DNA of 23,929 bases from Thermoplasmata archaeon (lineage in GTDB: Archaea > Thermoplasmatota > SW-10-69-26 > JACQPN01 > JAJPHT01): contig JAXDQU010000064.1 in the NCBI GenBank assembly GCA_034667685.1, forward strand, positions 1 to 23,929, read 5' to 3'. Positions 1 through 8,299 of this stretch are shown piece by piece (the first letter of the stretch is position 1; each line of letters begins with the position of its first letter). The notes under the pieces were generated by a model. The model made no database searches and had not been told where the DNA came from. It saw nothing but the letters and a program-made list of their open reading frames with translations. A program made the position numbers and the translations under genes.

Positions 1-2
1 CG

Positions 3-833
3 CCCGCGCCTCCTCCGAAGCCCGCCGCGAAGCCGGCGCCGCCGAAGCCGACCCCGCCCCCGGCCAAGAAGCCGGAGCCGGTGGCCAAGCCGGCCGCCCC
101 GTCCAAGGCCGCGAAGCCCGAGCCGGCCAAGCCCGCCGCCGCGCCTGCCCCCGCGCCGGCGGCCCCGTCCGCGGCCCCCGCCGTCGCCGCGGCCAAGGCC
201 GCGAAGGTGCCCAAGAAGAAGCCGATCCCGACGACCAGCCTCGCCGCGACGCCGATCTTCCGCCCCCTGAACGCGCCCGCCGGGCCCCTGGCCCCCCCGC
301 CCCCGCCCGCGAAGCCGGGGCACGCCGATCACCAGATCCTCAGCGCCATCTCCTACGGCCTCTTCGCCGCCATCAACAAGACGTTCGGCTTCGCCGGGCG
401 CAACGTGGTGAAGAACGCGGCCCTGCGCATGCTGGAGTACGGCTACAAGCGCGGCTGGCTCCCGCCCAAGAGCAAGGAGCCCGTGCGCGCGCTCAACGAG
501 TTCTTCGGCCGCCTGGAGACGATGGGCTACGCCGAGAAGATCCACGTCGCGAAGCACGGCGACCACTACGCCCTGGAGGTCCAGGGGCTGGCGGACTTCG
601 ACGCCGTGCACAGCCTGCGCGAGATGCACTACCCGCTGCTCCCGATCTTCCTGGGCGAGATGCTGGAAGCCATTGTCGACCAGTACTTCCAGCTCAAGGT
701 CACCGTGGAGCCCCTGGAGATGCAGGACCAGAAGCGCGGCTTCACGCTCCCCTTCAGTCTCCACGAGCGCCCCGCCGAGACGGTGGCGCCCACCGCGCTC
801 TCGTACTCGCGCACGGACGACTTTGAAGAGTGA
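3..833 (+). CDS. 5'-truncated protein: Pro/Ala/Lys-rich disordered region plus a ~150-aa C-terminal globular domain, possibly V4R/TRAPP-like ligand-binding fold
   Basis: The frame is open from position 3 (PAPPPKPAAKP...) to TGA at 833, with strongly GC3-biased codons. The C-terminal helix-helix-'GYAEKIHV'-strand pattern recalls V4R domains but has no Cys ligands. The fold call is weak. Confidence 0.75.
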   Translation, partial: PAPPPKPAAKPAPPKPTPPPAKKPEPVAKPAAPSKAAKPEPAKPAAAPAPAPAAPSAAPAVAAAKAAKVPKKKPIPTTSLAATPIFRPLNAPAGPLAPPPPPAKPGHADHQILSAISYGLFAAINKTFGFAGRNVVKNAALRMLEYGYKRGWLPPKSKEPVRALNEFFGRLETMGYAEKIHVAKHGDHYALEVQGLADFDAVHSLREMHYPLLPIFLGEMLEAIVDQYFQLKVTVEPLEMQDQKRGFTLPFSLHERPAETVAPTALSYSRTDDFEE

Positions 834-839
834 GGCGGC

Positions 840-989
840 TCACCGTTCGACGTGGTCCGCGGAGGCGTGCCCACCGGGATCCTCGGTGCGCGGCCGCTTC
901 TCCGGGTCAGCGTCGGGGCTATAGTGGACATGGTGATCGCCGGGGTCCTCGGTCCGCGGGCCGTCCTTCTTGGTCTTTTTCTTGGCCAT
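840..989 (-). CDS. 49-aa small peptide with a duplicated PRTEDPG motif (MAKKKTKKDGPRTEDPGDHHVHYSPDADPEKRPRTEDPGGHASADHVER)
   Basis: ATG at 989 is preceded by the SD AGGTGA, just after the TAG of the upstream gene. The two PRTEDPG copies (939-959 and 873-893) differ only at synonymous positions. Confidence 0.7.
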   Translation of the reverse strand: MAKKKTKKDGPRTEDPGDHHVHYSPDADPEKRPRTEDPGGHASADHVER

Positions 990-1000
990 GTGTTCACCTG

Positions 1001-1531
1001 CTATCCAGCGCTGGGAGGGTGAGCGATGCCGACGCCGAGCACGTAGACGAACGTCAGCGCGTGGAAGGCCATCGCCAGGATGAGCAGCCGCATGCCGGCG
1101 ATGCGGCGGTCCACGGCCCGCTTCATGACCTCGTCGTTGGCTCGCGACTTCTCGGGAAACTTGGAGAGCAGCGAGGCCCACAGGTCGTTCTTCGTCCACG
1201 TCGCGTCCTTTGACTTCTCGCGCACCCAGTCCGGGCTCGGACCCACGATGAGGGACGTCCGGATGGCGAGCGTGCTGCGCACGAAGAAGAGGAGCGCGAG
1301 AAGGTTCAGCGTGCCCGCGACGACCACCAGGACGAGCAGCGGCCAGCCCAGGGCGGCCGGGATTTTCTCCACGGCAAGGCCCACGAGCGCATAGCCACCG
1401 CCCAGCGCGGCCGTGCCCAGGCCGATCGCGCTCTCGGTCTTCTGGCGGATCACCTCGGCGGTGGCGACCTGCGCCTCCAAGTCCTTGCTCGCGAGGTCCG
1501 CCAGCGCCTCCAACGCCTCGTACTGTCCCAC
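1001..1531 (-). CDS. 176-aa membrane protein (N-helix, 2 TM, loop, C-terminal TM); topology resembles Pycsar-effector/SLATT-like proteins
   Basis: Three hydrophobic segments, 'EVIRQKTESAIG' before TM1 and 'ANDEVMKRAVDRR' before TM3. The family resemblance is inferred from pattern only. Confidence 0.75.
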   Translation of the reverse strand: MGQYEALEALADLASKDLEAQVATAEVIRQKTESAIGLGTAALGGGYALVGLAVEKIPAALGWPLLVLVVVAGTLNLLALLFFVRSTLAIRTSLIVGPSPDWVREKSKDATWTKNDLWASLLSKFPEKSRANDEVMKRAVDRRIAGMRLLILAMAFHALTFVYVLGVGIAHPPSAG

Positions 1532-1556
1532 GCGCTGACAAGGGGCGAGCCGGGTG

Positions 1557-2069
1557 TTAGCCTTTCCGTGCGATCGGCGCGTACGCCGGCGCGCGCGGCT
1601 GGTCGCGCATCCGCGCCTCGAGCCGCTTGGCGAGCCACTCGAAGTATTCCGCCAGGTACGGATCGTGGATCTCGGCGCGCATCTGCTCGAAGAGCGGGCG
1701 GCTCTTCTCCCATGCGTTCTTCACGAAGTCGCCCAGCGTGCGCTCGACGAGGTCGATCTCGATGATGCCGTCGAACACGAGCAGGCCGAGCATCTCCATC
1801 TCCTGCGCGAACTGGATCAGCGCGATCTGCTCGTCGTCGGGCAGCGCGTAGAGCTCGCGCATCGTCTTGGGCGGCGGCGTGACGCGGATGCGGTGGAAGT
1901 GCGCCGCCATCTCCCGCGATTGCATGGCGCGGATCGTCTCGATGGTCAGGCGCTCCTTGCGGTCCCGCGCGGCGGCCCGCACCTGCGCAACGCCGAACAC
2001 GAGCGCCACGACGAAGGAGAGCGCGATGGCGAGGTTGCCGACGATGGTGAACGTCGACTCCGCGTCCAT
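1557..2069 (-). CDS. 170-aa DUF4760-like protein with an N-terminal TM anchor
   Basis: Starts MDAESTFTIVGNLAIALSFVVALVFGVAQV. Motifs FAQEMEMLGLLVFDGIIEIDLV, W..SRP and EYFEWL are present. The ATG overlaps the SCP2 stop (TGATG). Confidence 0.8.
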   Translation of the reverse strand: MDAESTFTIVGNLAIALSFVVALVFGVAQVRAAARDRKERLTIETIRAMQSREMAAHFHRIRVTPPPKTMRELYALPDDEQIALIQFAQEMEMLGLLVFDGIIEIDLVERTLGDFVKNAWEKSRPLFEQMRAEIHDPYLAEYFEWLAKRLEARMRDQPRAPAYAPIARKG

Positions 2070-2443
2070 CAGGACTCCGGTACGCTCTGCGCGATGCGGT
2101 CGATGACGGTGAGCTGCGCGCGCAGGCCCATGATCTTCGGGATCGAGCCCTTGAATTTCAGCTTCCCCGTCATGACGAGCTTCTCCATGGGCGCCTCGCC
2201 CTTGTGGTTCGCGATCCACGTCGCGCTGTCGCCCAGGAACGTGAAGTCGGCCTTGCTCTCCATGTTCCCCTTGGACCAGGCCGCGCTGCCCTTGTTGAGA
2301 TTGAGCAGGAACGACTCCTTGGAGTCGGTGTTGACCATCAGCACGGTGGCGACGACGCCGCCCGCCTTCGCCTTGAAGTCGGGGTCGTTGTTGAGGCGCT
2401 TGACCAGCTCGTCGAAGAAGGCGTCCGTGAAGAGCGCGGGCAT
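2069..2443 (-). CDS. SCP2 sterol/lipid-binding domain protein (124 aa)
   Basis: Typical SCP2 signature: LNNDPDF...ADFTF.GD..TW...VMTGKLKFKG..PKIM. Confidence 0.9.
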   Translation of the reverse strand: MPALFTDAFFDELVKRLNNDPDFKAKAGGVVATVLMVNTDSKESFLLNLNKGSAAWSKGNMESKADFTFLGDSATWIANHKGEAPMEKLVMTGKLKFKGSIPKIMGLRAQLTVIDRIAQSVPES

Positions 2444-2465
2444 CGGAGGCGAGCGGCCGGCCCAA

Positions 2466-2480
2466 GCCTAAAGCATTTCG
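2466..2480 (-). promoter_or_regulatory. BRE-TATA promoter (CGAAATGCTTTAGGC) for a leaderless SCP2 operon
   Basis: TTTA starts 29 nt upstream of the ATG at 2443 and is preceded by a purine-rich CGAAA. Confidence 0.6.
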
Positions 2481-2597
2481 GCCCTTGCTGCCCCTCGCCT
2501 GATATCACGGTGGGCGTGCATAGCGACGGCGGGTCGCGCACCCTTCCGGGGCCCTCGCCCGCGTCCGTTATCGAGAGCGTATGCTCTGCCGCGCCGC

Positions 2598-4988
2598 ATG
2601 CCGCCCAAGACGTTCAAGCCGATCGCCGAGAAGCCCGTGCGCGCCATCCAGCCGCCCACGCGGACCGCGCCGCCGAAGACCTTCTCGCCGACGCTGCGCG
2701 GGGAGTTCGTGAAGCGCCTGGAGGACCCGCGCGCGCTGAAGCCCTTCATCGACCGCCCCGCGAAGCTTGCCAGCCACGCGACGATCGCGATGGATGGCCG
2801 CAAGCAGCCGCTCGTGCTCGTGCTGGCGCGCACGCAGTCCGGCGACCCGATCCCCGGCGTCCGCGTGCGCCTGCTCCAGGGCAGCGAGCTGCGCGACGAG
2901 ACGACCACCGACAAGCGCGGAGCGGCGCTGCTCCTCTTCCCCGCGATGTCGGGCACGAAGATGGCCGACATGCAGACGCCCGCGACGCCCACCGACGGGC
3001 GCGTCGAGATCCTGCAGAAGGGGCGCTCGCCGATCACCAAGCACGTCGCGATCCCGATGGGCAAGCAGCACCAGGTGATGGAGCTGACGCTCGAAGCGCC
3101 CACCGAGATCCCGATCGACTCCGCCCCGTCGACGGGGATCGCGTCCAACAACCTCGGCAACCCGCTCACGGACAACCCGCTCGACCGGCTCCCGGCGGAC
3201 TTCACGACCGACCTCTGCCAGGACCTGACGAAGCTGCTCGGGCCCGCGAACGATCCGATCCTCGGGCAGATGGGCGGCGACGACCAGGACTTCCGCAAGC
3301 GCCGCGTGCCGCTCGTGAAGCGCCTCGTGATCCCGCGCATCGGCGAGAGCGTCAACGGCAAGCCGCCCCGGCGCTACCTCGTGCGCGTGCGCCAGGAGTG
3401 GAACTTCCTGGGCTACACGCTGGGCGAGCTCACGCAGGTCGAGCCGCTCGACCCGGGCTCGATCCTCCAGCAGACGACGCAGGCCGCCGAGAAGCTCGTG
3501 TCGAACGCGACGCGCAGCGTGGACGAGCTCGTCTCGCGCGCCACCGACAGCGTCGTCAACGGGCTCCACTCCGCGGGCAGCGTCGACGCCGTGACCGAGC
3601 TGGCCACGAGCGTGCGCACGACGGCCATCGCGGGCGGTGGCGGGTTCTTCCTTCCGCCCTTCGCGTTCGGAGGCGGCGGCGCGGACGCCAAGGTCACGGC
3701 CACCGCGACGTCGCACTCGCGCGTCGACACGTCGCTCGACGTCAACTCCTCGATGCACGCGGCCAAGACGCTCGTGAACCAGGCCACGCGCCTCGTGCAG
3801 TCCACGCAGCGCGACCTGACCAACGCGGTCACGAGCACGCTGGGCAAGGTCAGCCCGCTGCTCTCGCGCGTGACGAACCTCATCCGCTGGACGATGTACG
3901 AGAACTACATGGTCTGCACCCACGTCGAGGACGTGCTCGAAGTGGAGAGCGAGGTCATCGCCGACCTCACGCAGCAGGGCCAGGCGTACCTCTTCACCGA
4001 CGAGCAGATCGTCGACCTGCGCCGCGTCTTCGAGCCGAACCTCCTGGAGCGCCGCCTCGCGCCGCACTTCGACTCGCTCGCGGCCGCCGTGGACGTGCGC
4101 CGCGGCGCCAACCTGCCCATCGTCGCGGTGGACGTCACGCTCGACTACCAGGTCGGGCTCGGCGGCGCCACGGTCGACGTCGCGGTGGGCGAGGGCACAA
4201 CGAGCTTCGTCCTGCGCCCCGGCACCACGCGCGCCACGCAGACGCTCCGGCTCAACGTGCCGGCGAACGCCAATGATATCACCGGCGCGCAGCTCGACCT
4301 GTCGCTCTCGACGCCGCAGTCGATCTTCGGGCCGATCGCGATCCCGAACTCGGCGCAGGTCAACCGCGTCACGCTCGGCTTCGTCACCGCGTCGGGCTAC
4401 CGGCGCACGCTGACCATCCCGCTGGGCAGCACGCTCTCGGCCTCGGGCCAGCCGGGCACCGCGAGCGCCACGCCCGCGTTCAGCGTCCCGCCGCCCGTCG
4501 TGCTCACCGACGCCGACCCGCTGCTGGTGCACGTCAACCACAACAAGACGTACTACTTCGGCCTGCTCTGCCAAGCCGCGCTGGTCGAGCCCGCGCTGCG
4601 CGACGACATGCCGCAGTTCGACGCGTTCAACGGCGACCACCCGATCTGGCGGCTCCCGATCGTCGGCTTCGAGGGCAACCGCGCCCTCATCGTCAAGGAG
4701 GCCGACGCGACGGACGCCGAGGTCAAGACGCTCCTGGCAGACCCGGGCGCGGCGACGCTCATCCAGATCGCGGCGCCGGGCGCGTACGCCGAGGCGCTGC
4801 AAGGGCTGCTGAAGCTCGCGGTGGACCTGGAGAAGATCCACCCCGCGCTGCTGCCGCCGCCCGCGCCGGTGATGCCCCCGCTCGCGATCGTGGACATGAC
4901 CGGGAAGACGATCCCGGTGCTCGGCGGCAACGGCATGGGCGGCACGCCGACCCCGACCCCCACGCCGCTGCCGCTGCCCACCCCCTGA
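2598..4988 (+). CDS. 796-aa uncharacterised protein: N-terminal transthyretin/carboxypeptidase-regulatory-like beta domain, a conserved-looking core with a possible pore-forming hairpin, and a Pro-rich tail
   Basis: Long GC3-rich ORF. Motifs: GDPIPGVRVRL...TTTDKRG; RVRQEWNFLGYTLGEL..VEPLDPG; a Ser/Thr/Gly-rich segment; LLVHVNHNKTYY; PIVGFEGN; IAAPGAYAEA. No signal peptide is evident. Confidence 0.85.
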   Translation: MPPKTFKPIAEKPVRAIQPPTRTAPPKTFSPTLRGEFVKRLEDPRALKPFIDRPAKLASHATIAMDGRKQPLVLVLARTQSGDPIPGVRVRLLQGSELRDETTTDKRGAALLLFPAMSGTKMADMQTPATPTDGRVEILQKGRSPITKHVAIPMGKQHQVMELTLEAPTEIPIDSAPSTGIASNNLGNPLTDNPLDRLPADFTTDLCQDLTKLLGPANDPILGQMGGDDQDFRKRRVPLVKRLVIPRIGESVNGKPPRRYLVRVRQEWNFLGYTLGELTQVEPLDPGSILQQTTQAAEKLVSNATRSVDELVSRATDSVVNGLHSAGSVDAVTELATSVRTTAIAGGGGFFLPPFAFGGGGADAKVTATATSHSRVDTSLDVNSSMHAAKTLVNQATRLVQSTQRDLTNAVTSTLGKVSPLLSRVTNLIRWTMYENYMVCTHVEDVLEVESEVIADLTQQGQAYLFTDEQIVDLRRVFEPNLLERRLAPHFDSLAAAVDVRRGANLPIVAVDVTLDYQVGLGGATVDVAVGEGTTSFVLRPGTTRATQTLRLNVPANANDITGAQLDLSLSTPQSIFGPIAIPNSAQVNRVTLGFVTASGYRRTLTIPLGSTLSASGQPGTASATPAFSVPPPVVLTDADPLLVHVNHNKTYYFGLLCQAALVEPALRDDMPQFDAFNGDHPIWRLPIVGFEGNRALIVKEADATDAEVKTLLADPGAATLIQIAAPGAYAEALQGLLKLAVDLEKIHPALLPPPAPVMPPLAIVDMTGKTIPVLGGNGMGGTPTPTPTPLPLPTP

Positions 4989-5029
4989 GCCGCGCAACGT
5001 TCTTCGTCCCCTCCGGCGTCCCCGGGGTC

Positions 5030-6094
5030 GTGCGCGCGGCCCCGCTCCTTCTTCTTCTCGCTCTCTTGGCGAGCGGATGCACGGCGCGCGACGTGCCGTC
5101 CCAGCCGCGGCTTCAGTCCGAGCCTCAGCCCCAGCCCCTCGTCGTGGCGGCCTCCGCGCCGCTTCCCGTGGCGCACGCGACGTTCCCGGTCGGCCTCGAC
5201 GTCGACGACACGTGGGTGCGGCCCGGTGATATCATCGTCGCGCATGCGCACGTGCCCGCGGGCGCGCGCGTGACGTGGCTCCTTGCCACGCGCAACCCGT
5301 TCCCCGAGAGCTGGCCGCACCTCCCGCTCGCGCCCGCCATCGTGGCGCCGGCCGCGACGCAGGCCGTGGCGCGTCTGACCGACCCCGGCCGCTACGAGCT
5401 GGCCGCCGGCGGCGCGACGTTCAACGTCACCGTGGACGCGCTGCTCCCGCGCGGGACGCAAGCGCTCGTCGACCTCGTGCGCTCGCCCGAGGGGCTGCGC
5501 GCGGTGCCCGACGAGACGGTCGCGGGCGTGGGCGGGCTGCTCCTCGTGACGAACCACGACGCGAGCCCCGCGCGGCTGGCCGAGCGGGACTGGCTGGGCC
5601 TCCTCCCCGCGAGCGGCCCCGAGGCGCGCATCACGATGCCCGACCACATCGAGCAGGGCGACTACGAGCTGCGCGCGCTCGCCACCGACGCGCGGGGCGG
5701 CATGGGCTCCGCGGACGCGCACATCCTCTACGACGCGCGCAAGCCCGACCGCGACGCGACGTACGGTCCGTTCAACGGCACGCTGCGCCCGGGCGCGGCG
5801 GTCGCCGACCCCTCCTTCGTCGCGCGCTTTCCCCTGCGCACGCTGGACGTGTGGTTCAATGCGACGCCGAAGCTCGCGGGGCCCTCCGACGTCGTGGTCG
5901 AGTTGCTGGGACGCGACGGCGCCGTGATCGACGCGAGCGCGCCCGGCCCGAGCGGCCACCTCGCGCTGCGCGACCTGCCGCCCAACGAGTACACGATGCG
6001 CATCCGCGTGGCGCAGGGCGCGCTCGTCGACTACTCCATCGTGGCGCGGGCGAGCCTCGTGCTCACGACGCCGCAGTCGTTCTTCGATCGCTAG
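5030..6094 (+). CDS. Putative lipoprotein with beta-sandwich (degenerate cupredoxin-like?) domains, 354 aa
   Basis: Signal peptide with lipobox LLLLLALLASG-C, then beta-rich segments (PGRYEL...FNVTV; P.ETVAGVG..LLVTNHD). No copper ligands are seen. Confidence 0.8.
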   Translation: MRAAPLLLLLALLASGCTARDVPSQPRLQSEPQPQPLVVAASAPLPVAHATFPVGLDVDDTWVRPGDIIVAHAHVPAGARVTWLLATRNPFPESWPHLPLAPAIVAPAATQAVARLTDPGRYELAAGGATFNVTVDALLPRGTQALVDLVRSPEGLRAVPDETVAGVGGLLLVTNHDASPARLAERDWLGLLPASGPEARITMPDHIEQGDYELRALATDARGGMGSADAHILYDARKPDRDATYGPFNGTLRPGAAVADPSFVARFPLRTLDVWFNATPKLAGPSDVVVELLGRDGAVIDASAPGPSGHLALRDLPPNEYTMRIRVAQGALVDYSIVARASLVLTTPQSFFDR

Positions 6095-8088
6095 AGCGGC
6101 ATGGAGCCGACGGCCTCGGGTGATAGCACCTCGATGCGCGTGCCCCACGTCGCGAGACGCACGCCGGCCGCGGGCCGGTCGGCGACGACCACCGCGACGT
6201 CGGCGCCCAGCGCGGTGACGAGCTGCGCGAGCGCCGCCGCGTCGTCCACGTTGAAGTCGACGCAGCGCTTGACCAGCACGCGGCGGCCGCCGCTCTTGTG
6301 CGCCGCGAACGCGAACTGGTGGCCCTGCGCCTTGAGGCCCTCGACGATCTCGTAGCCGCTCTCCTTGAAGCGCGACGCGAGGACCTGCTCGGGCGGGACG
6401 ACGGGCGCGACGGTGGGCACGACGACCGTGCCGCTGTCGGCCGCGGGGACCGGCACGCTGCGCGGCGTGATGACGCGCGGATCGTCCGGAGCCGCGGGCG
6501 GCGCCTGGGGCGGAACCGGGGGCGGGGCGGCGACCGCGGGGACGCCCAGCGCCGCGAGGTTCACGTGGAAGCCCTGCTGCGGCGGGGCTTGGACTGGCGC
6601 TTGCGCTGGGGCTGGGGCCGGCTGGGGCGGCGGGGCCTTGATGCCGAGCGCCGCGAGGTTCACGACCGCGCCAGGCGCGCTGGCCGTGGGCGAGCCGGTG
6701 AACACGTGCGGGTGGGTGGTCGCGCTCTGCGCCGAGGTGGGCATCGGCGGGGCCGAGACCACGGGGGCGGGCTCATGGGCCTTCGCCTGCTGCTGCGCGG
6801 CGGCCTGGAGCGCGGCCGCGAATCCGCTCGGGGCGGCGGGCGCGGCGGCCGGCGTGGGCAGCTTGCCCATCGTGGGCGGCGGGCGCGCGGACGACGAGCC
6901 GCCGTCCATGATGCTGTACTCCTTCGACTTCTTCGGCGCGTTGGCCGCGGCCATGTCGAACGCGGCCATGAAGCCGCCCTGGCCCGGCGGCGTGATCGTG
7001 GGCTTCTCCCGCGGCTTGGGCTTCGACGTGAAGACCTCGAACTCCTCGCTCGCGTGGATGACCTTCTTCTCGGGGTCGTGGTGCTCCGGCTCGGCGGCCG
7101 TGGCCACCGGCGCGGGCTCGGGCGCCTTCGGCTTGCTGACGATCTCGTATTCCTCATGGGTCTCGTGCTGCGCGCCGTCGTTCGTCGCGAGCGCAAGGGG
7201 CGCGGGGGCCGGCTTCGGGGCCGCGGGCGCCTTGGGCTTGGAGACGATCTCGTATTCCTCGTGGACCTCCTTCTGCGGAGGCGCGGCGGGGACGGCGGGC
7301 GCGGCGACGACCGGCTCCGCCGCCACGGGCTGAGGCTCGGGCTGGGGCTGGGGGGCGGGCGCGGGAGCCACGAGCGAGCCGAACGGGCTGCTGGCGACGG
7401 CGCTGGCGGGCGCGGCCGCCGCGCTGGACGGACCGCGCGGGAAGGCGAGCACGGCGGGGAGCTTGGGCTCCTCCAGCTCGGGGACCGGCGCGGCAGGCGG
7501 CGCGACCTCGTTCTGGAGGCCGAGCAGCTCGAGGAGCACGCGGCGGCCGAGGCGCTCGTGGTCGCGGTTCGCGACGATGTAGGCGTACTGGCACGCGTCG
7601 ACGGCCTTCTTGGCGTTGCCGAGCACGGCGCGCAGCGCGTTGACGTCCTCGGGGCCGATCTCGGCGATGGTCTCGCGCGGGATGCGCATGGCGAGCGCGA
7701 CGTGGCGGTGGTCGCTGGGCGACTGGACGGTGGTGAAGCCGTACTGGCGGTCGGCGCCGCGGCGGATCGCGTCGACGACGCCCATGTCCTCGCGCTGCTG
7801 GGCGCGGATGTAGTCGCGGAGCTGCTGGGGCTCCAGGCGCGCGGTCTTCTCGTGGCCGATCAGGAGGACGTCCTTCGTGGACTTGATCTGGTCGAGGCTG
7901 ACGTAGAACGCGACGTCGGCGAGGTCGTGCAGGTAGTCGGGCTTGGCCTTCGGCACCCGCACGAGGAGGACCTCGCGGCCGGTCTCGTTGACGAGCTGGT
8001 TGCCGAACTCGAGGGCGAGCGATTCGCGGGCGCGCTGGATCGTCTGCGGCGACACCGGCGGCCCCTCGTCACGGAGGAAAGGCGCCAT
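6091..8088 (-). CDS. ~665-aa protein: N-terminal globular domain, ~370-aa Pro/Ala-rich linker with repeated motifs, C-terminal degenerate Mrr/restriction-endonuclease-like domain
   Basis: Likely start is ATG 8088 (MAPFLRDE), with a TTAATA box at 8126-8131. The C-terminus EQVLASRFKESGYEI...FAFAAHKSGGRRVLVKRC...GADVAVVVAD...IEVLSP follows the Mrr_cat pattern without the catalytic Asp. Confidence 0.8.
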   Translation of the reverse strand: MAPFLRDEGPPVSPQTIQRARESLALEFGNQLVNETGREVLLVRVPKAKPDYLHDLADVAFYVSLDQIKSTKDVLLIGHEKTARLEPQQLRDYIRAQQREDMGVVDAIRRGADRQYGFTTVQSPSDHRHVALAMRIPRETIAEIGPEDVNALRAVLGNAKKAVDACQYAYIVANRDHERLGRRVLLELLGLQNEVAPPAAPVPELEEPKLPAVLAFPRGPSSAAAAPASAVASSPFGSLVAPAPAPQPQPEPQPVAAEPVVAAPAVPAAPPQKEVHEEYEIVSKPKAPAAPKPAPAPLALATNDGAQHETHEEYEIVSKPKAPEPAPVATAAEPEHHDPEKKVIHASEEFEVFTSKPKPREKPTITPPGQGGFMAAFDMAAANAPKKSKEYSIMDGGSSSARPPPTMGKLPTPAAAPAAPSGFAAALQAAAQQQAKAHEPAPVVSAPPMPTSAQSATTHPHVFTGSPTASAPGAVVNLAALGIKAPPPQPAPAPAQAPVQAPPQQGFHVNLAALGVPAVAAPPPVPPQAPPAAPDDPRVITPRSVPVPAADSGTVVVPTVAPVVPPEQVLASRFKESGYEIVEGLKAQGHQFAFAAHKSGGRRVLVKRCVDFNVDDAAALAQLVTALGADVAVVVADRPAAGVRLATWGTRIEVLSPEAVGSMPL

Positions 8089-8150
8089 TGCTATGCATCC
8101 CAGTCCGAGGACTCGCAACGACCCCTATTAAGCGCTCCGAAGTGCGCCGC

Positions 8151-8299
8151 GACCGCAGGGAGCGGGTGCGCCGGCCGCAGTGTCGCAGCCCGGCGCGAAG
8201 CGCCGGAGCGGAGACCCGCGAGCGAAGCGAGCGATCGCGGCCGGCGCTCGCGGCCCCGAGCGAGGAGGCCGGCAGGCCGACGCAGCGAGAGGAGCCGCG
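8151..8299. repeat. GC-rich palindromic intergenic element containing CGAGCGAAGCGAG (MITE/REP-like)
   Basis: Several short inverted repeats are present. The 13-mer at 8219-8231 recurs exactly, inverted, at 20623-20635. Confidence 0.4.

Noticed and set aside
4940-4988. Pro-Thr tandem repeats here and at ~8781-8830
   Set aside because: These are ordinary low-complexity protein linkers or tails, not independent DNA repeats.
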